A DNA stretch of 64,000 nucleotides from Candidatus Latescibacterota bacterium (GCA_965243025.1 CBDETY010000003.1:5088001-5152000); one strand, 5' to 3'; counted from the first letter of the stretch, positions 29,170 to 39,759 are shown. A program made the numbers and translations. The notes: generated by a model not told the origin, from the sequence alone.

Positions 29170-31482
29170 ATGGCGCGCGACGCAACGACGCCGGCTCCGC
29201 AACGCTGTTCTCAACGGCTGCCGATGACACTGCTTCTGCTGGCAGCATCCCTGCCTTTGGCCATCGCGGCCTGCCGGGAACCCCCTGCCGACAACAGGAC
29301 CGAAGGCACCCGGCGCATGGCGCAGGTGCTTATCGAGATCGCCGAGGGCGTCGAGCCGCTCGCCCACCCGTACGCCAACGACGTGCGAGTGCGGCATTTC
29401 CGCGATGAAGTGGCGCGGCTGCGCCGGGCCCCGGACCCGCGGGATTCCCGCGTCAAGTCGCAGATCTTCAGGACCCGCCTCGATCTGGCCAACGAACTGC
29501 TTCTCGACGGTCAGTCGGAGGCGGCGATCGCTGAATTCCGCGGGCTGCAGGCGGAGGCAAGCGGGCGCAGGATGCACCACCGCCTGCAGATCTTTCTGGG
29601 GCTTTCCTATCTCCGGCTGGGAGAGCAGGAGAACTGCATCCTCAATCACAATACCGAATCCTGCCTGTTCCCCATCTCCGGCGCCGGCGCCCACGCGCTG
29701 CCCCGGGGCGCGCGGGCGGCGGCCGCCGAGTTCGAAGGGGTGCTGCAGCGCAACCCGGACGATCTTTCTTCCCGGTGGCTGCTCAACATCGCCTACATGA
29801 ACCTGGGTGAGTACCCGGAGTCGGTGCCTCCCGAGCAGCTGATGCCGCCCCACCTTTTCGAATCCGATTACGACATCGGCCGCTTTCGCGACGCGGCTCC
29901 GGCGGCGGGGCTGGACCTGACAGGGCTGTCCGGGGGGGTGATCATGGAGGACTTCGACCGCGACGGGCACCTCGACATCATGGTCTCCTCCTGGGGCCGG
30001 CGCGATCCGCTGCGCTACTTCCGGAACAACGGCGACGGCACCTTTGCCGACCGGACGGAAACCGCCGGCCTGGCAGGCATCGTCGGCGGCCTCAACAGCA
30101 AGCAGGCCGACTACGACAACGACGGCTGGTCCGACGCTCTCATCCTGCGGGGAGCCTGGCTCAACCGCCCGCCCGCCACCGACGGAGGCCGCCGCCCCAA
30201 CTCACTGCTGAGGAACCTGGGGGGCAGCCGTTTCGACGACGTCACCGAAGCGGCCGGCATCCTCACCCTGCACCCGACGCAGACCGCCGCCTGGGGGGAT
30301 TACGACAACGACGGCTGGCTCGATCTCTACATCGGCAACGAATCTTTCGGCGCCGGGCGGCACCCGTGCGAGCTGTTCCACAACGAGGCCGACGGCACCT
30401 TCCGCGACCGCGCCGCCGCCGCGGGTCTGGCGGTTGAGGGGTATGTGAAGGCGGTCATGTGGGGGGATTACGACAACGACGGAATGCTGGATATGTACCT
30501 GTCGCGCCTCCACCCGAAGGAGTCCAACCTGCTGTTCCGCAACGAGGGCGGCGACGGCTCGCGGCGTTTCGCGGACGTGACCGAAGCGGCGGGGGTGCCC
30601 GGTCCGCCGCGCAGCTTTCCGGGCTGGTTCTGGGACTACGACAACGACGGCTGGCTCGACATCTTCGTCTCCGGCTACAAGGCCCGCCCCACCGACGTAG
30701 CCGCCGAGTACCTGGGGCTGGAGAGCACCGCGGAGCACCCGCGCCTCTACCGCAACGACGGCGACGGCACGTTTGCCGACGTCACTGCCGCCGCCCGCCT
30801 CGACAAGGCCCTGCTTACCATGGGCTGCAACTACGGCGATCTCGACAACGACGGGTACCTGGACTGCTACCTCGGAACCGGCGACCCCGGCCTGATCTCC
30901 CTCATGCCCAACCGGATGTTCCGCAACGCCGCGGGGCGGTTCTTCCAGGACGTCACCACTTCCGGCGGTTTCGGGCATCTGCAGAAGGGGCACGGCGTCG
31001 CCTTCGGCGATCTCGATCACGACGGCGACCAGGAGGTCTTCGCCGTGATGGGAGGGGCCTTCTCCGGCGATGTCTACCAGAACGTGCTGTTCGAGAACCC
31101 CGGCCACGGCAACAACTGGCTCAAGCTCGAGCTGGAAGGGGTGCGGTCCAACCGGGACGCTGTCGGCGCCCGCATCGAAGTTCACGTGCGCGGGGAGGAC
31201 GGCGCCCGCGTGATCCGTTCGCGGGTGTCCGGGGGCAGCAGCTTCGGCGCCTCGAGCATGCGGCGGGAAATCGGCCTGGGCCGCGCCAGCGCCATCGAAG
31301 CACTCGAGATCTTCTGGCCGGCCAGCGGCACGACGCAGCGGTTCGAGGAGGTGGAGATGAACACGCTGCTGCGGATCCGGGAAGGAGACGCGGCTCTGAC
31401 TGCGCATTCCTTCGAACCGTTCGAGCTGGGTGGTTCGGCGGCCGGCGAGAACCCCGCAACCCATCACGCCAGCCGCCCGTAA
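29170..31482 (+). CDS. CRTAC1-like FG-GAP/ASPIC-UnbV lipoprotein with N-terminal helical region
   Basis: Lipobox-like IAAC; YLRLGEQENC; DYDNDGWLD repeats; GHLQKGHG; SNRDAVGARI..GGSSFGAS. Confidence 0.88.
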   Translation: MARDATTPAPQRCSQRLPMTLLLLAASLPLAIAACREPPADNRTEGTRRMAQVLIEIAEGVEPLAHPYANDVRVRHFRDEVARLRRAPDPRDSRVKSQIFRTRLDLANELLLDGQSEAAIAEFRGLQAEASGRRMHHRLQIFLGLSYLRLGEQENCILNHNTESCLFPISGAGAHALPRGARAAAAEFEGVLQRNPDDLSSRWLLNIAYMNLGEYPESVPPEQLMPPHLFESDYDIGRFRDAAPAAGLDLTGLSGGVIMEDFDRDGHLDIMVSSWGRRDPLRYFRNNGDGTFADRTETAGLAGIVGGLNSKQADYDNDGWSDALILRGAWLNRPPATDGGRRPNSLLRNLGGSRFDDVTEAAGILTLHPTQTAAWGDYDNDGWLDLYIGNESFGAGRHPCELFHNEADGTFRDRAAAAGLAVEGYVKAVMWGDYDNDGMLDMYLSRLHPKESNLLFRNEGGDGSRRFADVTEAAGVPGPPRSFPGWFWDYDNDGWLDIFVSGYKARPTDVAAEYLGLESTAEHPRLYRNDGDGTFADVTAAARLDKALLTMGCNYGDLDNDGYLDCYLGTGDPGLISLMPNRMFRNAAGRFFQDVTTSGGFGHLQKGHGVAFGDLDHDGDQEVFAVMGGAFSGDVYQNVLFENPGHGNNWLKLELEGVRSNRDAVGARIEVHVRGEDGARVIRSRVSGGSSFGASSMRREIGLGRASAIEALEIFWPASGTTQRFEEVEMNTLLRIREGDAALTAHSFEPFELGGSAAGENPATHHASRP

Positions 31483-31507
31483 AGCCATCGCGATCCTGCG
31501 GGGCCGA

Positions 31508-33448
31508 ATGCAAAAGGAATCGAAGACAGGCCGGGTCGTCCGCGGCGTAACGCCGCGCTCCCTGGTCGTCGGCACCATCGGCTCCGTCGCCATCGGCACC
31601 GGCGTTCCCTACGTCGGCATGATGATCTACGGCGAGCGCATAGCCGCGCTGATGACGACCGCCGCCGCTCTCATCCTGTTCTTCTACTTCGTCTTTCTGT
31701 TGAACGCACTCGTCGGCGCGCTGCGCCGGCAGTGGATGCTGAGGCGCCCGGAGCTCGCCCTGATCTACATCATGTGGATCATCGCGACCCCGATCCCCGA
31801 GCGCGGGCTCACCTCGTTCCTGCTGCCCCACATAACCAGCGTCATCTACTACGCCACCCCGGAGAACAACTGGGACAGCCTGTTCCCGTTCATACCGGAC
31901 TGGATGATCCCGCATCACGACTTCGAGCAGATCAAGTACTTCTACGAGGGGGCGCCCCAGGGTCAGGGGATCCCGTGGGAGCTGTGGCTGCCGCCCCTGG
32001 CCTGGTGGCTGCCGTTCATTTTCGCGCTCTACCTGGCGATGATCGCCATCATGGTGATCCTGCGGCGCCAGTGGATCGTCAACGAGCGCCTGATATACCC
32101 GCTCGTGCAGGTGCCCCTGGCGATGATCGAGGACGACGAGACGAAGCCTTCCCTGATCAAGCCGCTTTTCAGGAATCCCCTGATGTGGGCGGGCTTCGCC
32201 ATAACCGCCCTCATCTACAGTAACAACAGGCTTTCGACGTACTACCCCTTTTTCGAGCGCATCTCCCTCTGGGAGGGTTCGCTGCCGCTGTTCCGCGGCA
32301 CCGTCGACGTCGATTTCGGCATCAGTTTCCAACTGGTCGGGTTCGCCTATTTCATCAACCGCAACGTCGCCTTCAGCCTCTGGTTCTTCTACCTGTTCGG
32401 GGTGGTTCAGCAGGGAATTTTCAACACCGTCGGCGTCCAGCGGGTCGACCCCCTGTTCGGGGTCTACAGCCGCCACGCCGACTCTATCCTGACCCTGCAG
32501 GGATTCGGCGCCTTCATGGTGCTGGTGCTGTTCGGCCTGTGGACGGCCCGCGGCCACCTTTACAGGGTGTTCCGCCGCGCCTTTCTCCGGGACCCCGGCA
32601 TCGACGACCAGGGCGAGATCATGTCCTACCGGGCAGCTGTGTTCACCCTGATCGGGTCGCTGTTGTTCATGGGGGTGTGGCTGGCGCAGAGCGGGCTGCC
32701 GGGGTGGATCGTGCCGATCTACCTGTTCTTCGCCTTCGCCCTGTTCGTCGCCATCACCCGCGTGGTCGCCGAGGGGGGGCTGGCGTGGAACTACGCGCCG
32801 ATGATCGCCTCGGATTTCGTCGCCGCCGGCTTCGGCACGCGGGCGCTGGGGGAGTCGGGCATCATCTCCCTCTCGTTCACCTATGTCTGGGCCAGCGACA
32901 TCCTGACGTTCGTGATGGCCTCGTGCGCCAACGGACTGAAGGTGGCCGAGGAGACCATCAGGTCGAACAGGCGGCTGATATTCCTGGCGATCATGATCGC
33001 CATCGCCGTCAGCATCGCCAGCTCAATCTGGATGATCCTGACCCTCGCCTACGCCCACGGGGGGATCAATACCGACGGCTTCTTCTTCGGATGGGGCGCC
33101 CGTTACCCGTTCGAGAACGCCTCGGCCCGTATCCAGTCGCTGGAGGGGCCGCACTGGGAGAACTGGGGCTTTGCCGGGATCGGCGCGGCGGCCATGGGGT
33201 TGCTGATGCTGGCCCGCCAGCGCTTTCTCTGGTGGCCCCTGCATCCCCTGGGGCTGCCCCTGAGCGCGGTTTTCGGCTCGGCCTTCTTCAGCGTCTTTCT
33301 CGGCTGGCTGTTCAAGACCGCGATCGTGAAATTCGGCGGGGTCAGGATGTACGTGAACACGAGGCCCTTCTTCATCGGTATCATTCTCGGGCAGTTCGCC
33401 ACCTCGGGAGTCTGGTTCGTCGTTCACTACTTCGCAGCGGTCAGGTAG
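31508..33448 (+). CDS. DUF6785/DUF6784-like polytopic membrane protein (putative transporter)
   Basis: About 650 aa and highly hydrophobic; YYATPEN, LRRQW..ERL.YP, ITRVVAEGG, WWPLHPLG and RPFFIG motifs. Confidence 0.75.
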   Translation: MQKESKTGRVVRGVTPRSLVVGTIGSVAIGTGVPYVGMMIYGERIAALMTTAAALILFFYFVFLLNALVGALRRQWMLRRPELALIYIMWIIATPIPERGLTSFLLPHITSVIYYATPENNWDSLFPFIPDWMIPHHDFEQIKYFYEGAPQGQGIPWELWLPPLAWWLPFIFALYLAMIAIMVILRRQWIVNERLIYPLVQVPLAMIEDDETKPSLIKPLFRNPLMWAGFAITALIYSNNRLSTYYPFFERISLWEGSLPLFRGTVDVDFGISFQLVGFAYFINRNVAFSLWFFYLFGVVQQGIFNTVGVQRVDPLFGVYSRHADSILTLQGFGAFMVLVLFGLWTARGHLYRVFRRAFLRDPGIDDQGEIMSYRAAVFTLIGSLLFMGVWLAQSGLPGWIVPIYLFFAFALFVAITRVVAEGGLAWNYAPMIASDFVAAGFGTRALGESGIISLSFTYVWASDILTFVMASCANGLKVAEETIRSNRRLIFLAIMIAIAVSIASSIWMILTLAYAHGGINTDGFFFGWGARYPFENASARIQSLEGPHWENWGFAGIGAAAMGLLMLARQRFLWWPLHPLGLPLSAVFGSAFFSVFLGWLFKTAIVKFGGVRMYVNTRPFFIGIILGQFATSGVWFVVHYFAAVR

Positions 33449-33524
33449 GCGCGAAGATGCGGGGCTCACTTGCAAGGGAATCACAACCAGCGCCGGGAAC
33501 AAACCCCGGGGTTTCGCCGCGCCG

Positions 33525-34706
33525 GTGAAGACCTCGGGCAGGGCGGGCGGAGCATCTACCGGGCTGCGAACCCTGGCGGTGAATGGCGCCGTCGCCGCGG
33601 CCGCGACCGCCGCGGCCCTGCTGCTGGCGGAGCTGCTCCTCCCCCGGTTCGTCACCATCGAACAGGCCACCCTGGAGTACGACGAGCTGCTCGGGTTCCG
33701 CGGGCGGCCCAACCTCAGCATTCCCTGGACCCGCGAGGTGGAGGGACCTCCCCGGGTGGTGACCACGAACAGCCGCGGGTTCCACGATCGTGAACGGGCG
33801 CGGCGGCCGTCCCCCGGCAGCCGCCGCATCATCCTTCTCGGGGATTCGTTCCTCGAGGCCTACCAGGTCGACATCGAAGCGAACTTCTCGCAGCGCCTGG
33901 CGCGCGGCCTGTCGCGGCGCGGCGCTGGTGAGTACGAGGCGGTGAACTGGGGGGTGCACGGCTACGGTCTCGGGTCCCACTTCCTCGCCGTGCGCGAGCG
34001 CGTCGCCGGCTGGAACCCGGACGGGGTGGTGCTGGTCCTCTTCCTCGGCAACGACCTGCAGGACAACTTCGCCCCCCTCGCCTCGGCATCGGTCCCCCGC
34101 TTCGAAATGGCCGAGGGCGAGCTGACCTGTTTCCCTGCCCCCCCGCATTCGCCGCGGTCCTGGCTGCGGGACAACGTGCTGGCCCGTTCCGCCGTCGCCC
34201 GGCTGGTCTGGAAGTACGCCGTGAAGACCAACCCGGGGATCGCCGCCCTGGCGCGGGACGCCGGCATGATCGCCACCCCGGACCTCGCCGCGTCGGAGGC
34301 CCACCTGCGGGACATGATCGCCGTTGCCGGCCCCCTGCTCGAAGGGATCGCAGGCAACCTGCGGCAGCGGGAAATCGGCCTCTTCGTCTACCTGATCCCC
34401 GATCCCCTGCTCCTCCAGGACGCCATCGACATCCGGCGCTACCGCCGCGATCCCGGGGCGCCGCGTCCCGTCTTCCGGCGGGACAGGGAGCGGATCGAGA
34501 CGGGGATCCTGAAACACCTGGACGAGTTGCAGGTCGACTACGCCTACCCGCGCGAGCTGTTCATCGAGCAGATCGAAAGGGGAAACGCGATCTACCGAGG
34601 CGGCTACGGGCATTTCACCGCGCTCGGCCACGAGCTGTCGGCGCGGCTTCTCGCAGACCGCCTCTCCGCCTCGCGGTTTGTCAGAAAAGATCCTGGAACT
34701 TCTTGA
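33525..34706 (+). CDS. SGNH/GDSL hydrolase family protein (possible O-acetyltransferase/esterase)
   Basis: TNSRGFHD, LGDSF, NWGVHGYG, GND and GHFTALGH motifs; N-terminal membrane anchor. Confidence 0.8.
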   Translation: MKTSGRAGGASTGLRTLAVNGAVAAAATAAALLLAELLLPRFVTIEQATLEYDELLGFRGRPNLSIPWTREVEGPPRVVTTNSRGFHDRERARRPSPGSRRIILLGDSFLEAYQVDIEANFSQRLARGLSRRGAGEYEAVNWGVHGYGLGSHFLAVRERVAGWNPDGVVLVLFLGNDLQDNFAPLASASVPRFEMAEGELTCFPAPPHSPRSWLRDNVLARSAVARLVWKYAVKTNPGIAALARDAGMIATPDLAASEAHLRDMIAVAGPLLEGIAGNLRQREIGLFVYLIPDPLLLQDAIDIRRYRRDPGAPRPVFRRDRERIETGILKHLDELQVDYAYPRELFIEQIERGNAIYRGGYGHFTALGHELSARLLADRLSASRFVRKDPGTS

Positions 34707-36375
34707 CCGCCAGCGCGGTTGCCAGCTGCAGCGCGAGGAGAAACCCCACCCCGCGGCCAGAGTCTGTTTCACCGAGGAACCGGGCGCCGGCGATGGCCGC
34801 CAGCGGCAGGAGAAAGAGCCAGAGGCGCGCGGTTTCGGCGGCGGTTCGCCCGAAGAGAACGAGCCCCGCCAGGACGACGACCAGCGACAGCACCAGCAGG
34901 TCCGCCATGGCCGCCGGCGGCCAGCTTCTGCAGGAGCGGAACAGCTGCGCCGCGCAGAGGAGGGCGAGGGCCGGTCCGCACCAGAGCGCGAACTCCACGA
35001 GGTTGAGAGCCCCGAAATAGAGGGTGTGGCCGAATCCCCATTGCGGGAACTTGAAGGCCTGGTGGGCGGCCATGCCGAAGCGCAACTGGGCAAGCGCGTC
35101 GTACCCGAACCCGAGCCACATCGCCAGGTGCGGGAGGGCCGCCCCGGCGAGCAGCGCGGCGGCGGCGGTTCCGGCCTGTCTCCAGGCCTGCCGCGTGTGG
35201 GCGAACAGCAGGAGCAGCGCCCCCGAGGCGACCGCCAGGGCGATCAGCCCGAAACTGAAGAACAGCCCCGCGTACAGACAGACTCCGGCGGCGAACGCCG
35301 GGAGCAGCCTGCCGGCGGCAAGGGCCCGGGCAACCAGGTAGAGGCAGGTCGTGCCGATCAGCGGAAACAGGCACTGGTCGAGGTGCAGGACCATCAGCAG
35401 AAGGCTGGGGGCCGAGACGTAGAGCAGGAGCGGCGTCCAGGCCTCGCGCTCCCCCGGGATCGCCAGCCGGCACAACCCCCACAGCGGCACCAGGGTCAGG
35501 GTGGCCATCAGCGGAAACAGCAGGGCGGCCAGCCGCGCCGCCCTTTCCCGCCGGTCGTCCCCGGAGATCGGGAGATGACCTGCCAGCTGGTCGAGGAGGG
35601 CGAAGGCGATCACCGGGCCGGGCGGTCTGGTGGCGTGCGGGAAGTGCGGAAGCTCTTCGTCCGCGACCATGGCAGGGTAGAACCGCAACAGGTGTCCGGG
35701 GGTCCACCCGGTGCCGGCGAGAGCCAGGCGCGCATGTCCGCCGCTGCCGGTGAGGCGGTCGGAAAGCGACTGCAGGCCGCGCCCTTCCATCAGTCCGAAT
35801 CCCAGCTGCAGGGCGTAGCAGAGAGCCATGAGGAGGAGAAGGTTCGGCCAGTGGCGGCGGGGTCTGCTCGACACCGCGTAAACCACCCCGGCGCCCGCCG
35901 CTGCGAGGGGGGCGAAAAGCCACCAGAGGGGCAGGGGTTTGTCCTCGAGCGACCAGAACCACCAGGGAAGCGCCTGGAAAAGGGGGACCCGCAGCAGGAA
36001 GAGGAGCCAGACCGCCGCGCTCGCAATCGTCAGCCGCCGCCGCCACGGATCGGCCAGCAGCCAGGCCGGACGGCGCCCGCCCAGCTCCCGCAGGGCCCAG
36101 TACAGCAGGAAGACCAGCACGCTCCACAGGAGCAGGCCGTAGACGGCGCGGTCGGCGATTTCGAGGTAGTGCTCGACCGGGTGTTCGCCGCGGCGCTTGA
36201 CGAGGTGGGACAGCCACGGCCATTCCCCCCGGTAGAGGGAGCGCACCAGGTCGTGGCCGCAGAAGCGGTACAGACCGGCCCCCGCCAGGGCGGCGAGCGA
36301 CAGGCAGGCTCCCCCCCGTAAAAGGCGCCCCCGGCTCCCGTACGAGCCCTCCAGCGGTTCGTTTGACACTCCCAT
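34681..36375 (-). CDS. polytopic membrane protein, GT-C glycosyltransferase-like
   Basis: Many TM segments; HATRPPGP and ETARLWLF motifs. The start is uncertain because it overlaps the gltA promoter. Confidence 0.6.
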   Translation of the reverse strand: MGVSNEPLEGSYGSRGRLLRGGACLSLAALAGAGLYRFCGHDLVRSLYRGEWPWLSHLVKRRGEHPVEHYLEIADRAVYGLLLWSVLVFLLYWALRELGGRRPAWLLADPWRRRLTIASAAVWLLFLLRVPLFQALPWWFWSLEDKPLPLWWLFAPLAAAGAGVVYAVSSRPRRHWPNLLLLMALCYALQLGFGLMEGRGLQSLSDRLTGSGGHARLALAGTGWTPGHLLRFYPAMVADEELPHFPHATRPPGPVIAFALLDQLAGHLPISGDDRRERAARLAALLFPLMATLTLVPLWGLCRLAIPGEREAWTPLLLYVSAPSLLLMVLHLDQCLFPLIGTTCLYLVARALAAGRLLPAFAAGVCLYAGLFFSFGLIALAVASGALLLLFAHTRQAWRQAGTAAAALLAGAALPHLAMWLGFGYDALAQLRFGMAAHQAFKFPQWGFGHTLYFGALNLVEFALWCGPALALLCAAQLFRSCRSWPPAAMADLLVLSLVVVLAGLVLFGRTAAETARLWLFLLPLAAIAGARFLGETDSGRGVGFLLALQLATALAVKKFQDLF

Positions 36376-36391
36376 TTCAGCGGGCTAAAAT
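36363..36391 (+). promoter_or_regulatory. sigma70-type promoter of gltA
   Basis: TTGACA-N17-TAAAAT, 36 bp upstream of the gltA start. Confidence 0.7.
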
Positions 36392-36427
36392 CCCCGCCCT
36401 GCTGAAACCCCCACCACAGGAGATCTC

Positions 36428-37717
36428 ATGTCGGATACCGCCCGACTCATACTGGACGACAAGGAAATCGACCTTCCCGTAGTGATCGGCAGCGAGCGGG
36501 AACGGGCTGTCGACATCGGCGCTCTGAGGGCACAGAGCGGGTACATCACCCTCGACGAGGGGTACGGCAACACAGGTTCCTGCCGCAGCTCCATCACCTA
36601 CATCGACGGCGAGCAGGGGATACTGCGGTACCGGGGCATACCGATCGAGGTGCTGGCGGAAAAAAGCAACTTCATCGAGACGGCCTACCTCCTGATCTGG
36701 GGACAGCTGCCGACCCGGGAACAGCTCGAGTCGTTCAGCAGCCTTCTCGGCGAGCACGCGATGCTGCGGGAGCAGATCCGCCATCGCATGACCCTGTTCC
36801 CTCCCGAATCCCCGCCGATGGCGGTGCTGTCCGCGGTGCTGAGCGCTCTGGCCTGCTATTACCCGGAGCTGCTCGATGTCGAGGACGTCGACGTGTTCCA
36901 GGACGTGGCGGCGCGCATCATGTCGAAGGTGCGCACCATCGCCGCCTACTCGTACAACCAGAACCTGGGCCACAACATGCCCTACCCGCGGCACGACCTC
37001 AAGTACTCCGCAAACTTCCTGCACATGATGTTCACCCAGCCGTACAACGAACACGAACCGGACCCCGAGGCGGAACGGGCTCTCGACGTCCTGCTGCTCC
37101 TGCACGCCGATCACGAACAGAACTGCAGCACCTCTACCGTGCGCATGGTCGGCAGCAGCGGCGGCAACCTGTTCTCCGCGGTGGCGGCCGGGGTGAGCGC
37201 CCTGTGGGGCCCGCTGCACGGGGGTGCCAACGTCGCCGTCGTCAGCATGATCGAGGACTTGATGGAGAGCGGAATCCCGGTCAGGGAGTACGTGCGCCAG
37301 GTCAAGGACAGGACCGCCGGCATCCGGCTCATGGGGTTCGGCCACCGGGTGTACAAGAACTTCGATCCCCGCGCCACGATCATTAAGCAGCAGTGCGAGA
37401 TCGTCCTCGACCGCCTCGGAAAGCGGGACGCCATGCTCGACATCGCGCGGGAGCTGGAGGAGGCGGCCCTCGAGGACGACTACTTCATCGAACGCAAGCT
37501 GTACCCCAACGTCGACTTCTACAGCGGCGTCATCCTGCGCGCCCTCGGAATCCCCAAGTCGATGTTCACGGCGATTTTCGCCATCGGCCGCATGCCGGGG
37601 TGGATCGCCCATTGGTACGAGGACCGCTTCATCACAAAGGGGCGCATCCACCGGCCGCGGCAGGTCTACACCGGCCCCGTCGACCAGCCCTACGTCCCGC
37701 TCGAAGAGCGTTCCTGA
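36428..37717 (+). CDS. gltA: citrate synthase
   Basis: ITYIDGEQGILRYRG, LHADHEQNCSTSTVR, GPLHGGAN, GFGHRVYKNFDPRA and YPNVDFYSG motifs. Confidence 0.97.
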   Translation: MSDTARLILDDKEIDLPVVIGSERERAVDIGALRAQSGYITLDEGYGNTGSCRSSITYIDGEQGILRYRGIPIEVLAEKSNFIETAYLLIWGQLPTREQLESFSSLLGEHAMLREQIRHRMTLFPPESPPMAVLSAVLSALACYYPELLDVEDVDVFQDVAARIMSKVRTIAAYSYNQNLGHNMPYPRHDLKYSANFLHMMFTQPYNEHEPDPEAERALDVLLLLHADHEQNCSTSTVRMVGSSGGNLFSAVAAGVSALWGPLHGGANVAVVSMIEDLMESGIPVREYVRQVKDRTAGIRLMGFGHRVYKNFDPRATIIKQQCEIVLDRLGKRDAMLDIARELEEAALEDDYFIERKLYPNVDFYSGVILRALGIPKSMFTAIFAIGRMPGWIAHWYEDRFITKGRIHRPRQVYTGPVDQPYVPLEERS

Positions 37718-37741
37718 AGAACAGCCCGGCCCGGTTTGCAG

Positions 37742-37771
37742 GCCTCGTCCCCGCGGGGGCGGGGCTTTTTT
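37742..37771 (+). terminator. intrinsic terminator after gltA
   Basis: GC-rich hairpin GCCTCGTCCC-CGCG-GGGGCGGGGC with G-U pairs, followed by TTTTTT. Confidence 0.75.
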
Positions 37772-39759
37772 CATCCGTGCAGAACCGCGTGCCCGACCCC
37801 GAAGAACCAGATGAGGTCGACGATCCCGCCGACGCCGACGCCGAGAAAGAATCCGACGGGAAGGCCGATGAAGAATGGCCGCATGCGTCCGAAGAGCTGA
37901 ACCGAGCCGTAACGCAGGATCAAGACCTTGAGGAGCCAGGCGATGAATACGGAAAGGACGATCTGGCGGACCATCCAGGTGCTTGCAATGGTCAGCCCGA
38001 CAGGGTGGAGGGGCCACCAGGAAACCCGGTAGTGAAGGAATGCGACAGCGGCGTACAGGGCGGCTCCGCAGGCGAAGAAAACAAGGCGCGTCCAGTCGGT
38101 GCCGGCGGGCTGCTGTATCTGGGCGACGACGCCGTTGAACACGGTGGCGCCGTGTCCGGAGGAAAGGCTGAGGATCGATCGCAGGTTCAGGGCCCCGAGA
38201 TCGTACGCAAGGTAAAGCAGAAAGAAAGCGGTGGTGAAGAAACTGACCGTCACTGAAATCCCCATCGCCAGAACCAGGCCGCGATGCCGCTTGCGCAGCG
38301 AATTGAGGCGCGCCGCGTGCGCCGCCGTCACCATGAAGATCGACTGCACGTCCCCGCACCAGACGTTGGTCAGGGCCAGTCCCACCAGGGTTGGCGGCGG
38401 CACGGTGGTTCCGGTGAGAGCCAGCACCATTCCCTGGCTGTTGACCGGAGTGGTCAGGTAGTACACGCCCGACTGCGTGACGATGCGGGTGATTCCCAGG
38501 AAGATCACCATCGCGATCAACAGGCAGAGAACGGCCACCCGGGGCTCCATCCCGGAGGCGGTGAACCACCCGACGAGGTAGAGCGCCGCGGCGAGCCCCC
38601 CGAAGACGGCGGCGGGGTAGGACAGCATCTCGCCGGCGTCCCTTCTCGTGGAGCGGCCCAGAACCTGGCGGAGAACGTCGATCAGGTGCCGCCGGGCGAG
38701 CCACAGGGCCAGGGCGACCATGGCCGCGAAGGCCCCCCAGTCCTGCCACAGGGTCATCTCGAAGCCGGCGATTACGAACGGGTCGGGGGCGGTTTCGACG
38801 TGGAACACCTTGAGCAGGGATCCCTCCATCGCCACCAGCAGGTAGAAAACCCAGATACTGAGAGTGACCGGGGCGGTCACCAGGTACGCGAACCCGATGA
38901 TGGGGAAGTAGAGTATTCCGCGCGGCTGCCGGATGGGGCCCGGGATGATGTCGAGGTCGCCGCCGGTAAATGCCGGTATGCGAGGCAGGCCGGGCTCGAA
39001 GTAGGAGGCGATGTTGAAGCAGATGATCAGGAACGGAATGCTGCAGCCGGCCCAGAAGGCCCTGGAGCGGAAGATCGGCGGCAGCACCGAGCCCTGGCTC
39101 TCCTCGGTAAGCAGCAGCGGGATCTCGGCGACGGGAAAGGGGAGCCGTTCCGTCTCCACCCAGTGGCGGCGCAGCACGACCACGACGCACAGGCAGAGAA
39201 AGAAGAGGGCGGCGAACAGACTGAACCACCACAGCAGGGGGCCGATCCAGGCGTGCAGCGGTATTCCGCCCTCGGCGTCCGGCGGAAGCCCTTCGAAATA
39301 GTGCAGCAGCGCTGTTTCGTCGGTTGGAACCGCCCATTCCGGAAGGTGGGGATGCACCAACTCCGCCCACCGGTTCTCCCGGGTAGCCCCGTAGTAGGGG
39401 GTCGCGATGATGGCGAAAACGAAGGTGACCAGGAACACCGGCAGCCCGCTGGCGGCCAGTCCCATGATGGCAATGGTGATGAGATCGCCGCGCTGGAGCC
39501 CCCGCCCGGCAAGCTTCCTGGCGCAGGAGTTGCAGAAAACCAGGAGGACGAAGGGCAGGCCGACGCAGATCGGGAAGTAGGACCAGGTGATCTCCGAGGT
39601 GCGGACGATGACGATCGCGTAGGGCCCGGCGATCGCCGAGAAAACGGCGAAGCCGGTGCCGATGAGCAGCGAACCCGGCGTCAGCCCGCCTTCACCCAGG
39701 GTCTGGCGGTCCCTTCCCTTGAGAAAGGCGGCGAATGTTTCGGGAATGCGTTTGGTCAC
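37771..39759 (-). CDS. DUF6785/DUF6784-like membrane protein (paralog of 31508..33448)
   Basis: YYGATREN, LRRHW..ERLPFP, ITRIVTQSG, WWPLHPVG and RPFFIG motifs; likely GTG start at 39759. Confidence 0.75.
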   Translation of the reverse strand: MTKRIPETFAAFLKGRDRQTLGEGGLTPGSLLIGTGFAVFSAIAGPYAIVIVRTSEITWSYFPICVGLPFVLLVFCNSCARKLAGRGLQRGDLITIAIMGLAASGLPVFLVTFVFAIIATPYYGATRENRWAELVHPHLPEWAVPTDETALLHYFEGLPPDAEGGIPLHAWIGPLLWWFSLFAALFFLCLCVVVVLRRHWVETERLPFPVAEIPLLLTEESQGSVLPPIFRSRAFWAGCSIPFLIICFNIASYFEPGLPRIPAFTGGDLDIIPGPIRQPRGILYFPIIGFAYLVTAPVTLSIWVFYLLVAMEGSLLKVFHVETAPDPFVIAGFEMTLWQDWGAFAAMVALALWLARRHLIDVLRQVLGRSTRRDAGEMLSYPAAVFGGLAAALYLVGWFTASGMEPRVAVLCLLIAMVIFLGITRIVTQSGVYYLTTPVNSQGMVLALTGTTVPPPTLVGLALTNVWCGDVQSIFMVTAAHAARLNSLRKRHRGLVLAMGISVTVSFFTTAFFLLYLAYDLGALNLRSILSLSSGHGATVFNGVVAQIQQPAGTDWTRLVFFACGAALYAAVAFLHYRVSWWPLHPVGLTIASTWMVRQIVLSVFIAWLLKVLILRYGSVQLFGRMRPFFIGLPVGFFLGVGVGGIVDLIWFFGVGHAVLHG

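Noticed and set aside
22300-31100. Recurring GACTACGACAACGACGG sequences as a possible CRISPR or DNA repeat
   Set aside because: They encode FG-GAP DYDNDG protein repeats, are in frame and are irregularly spaced.
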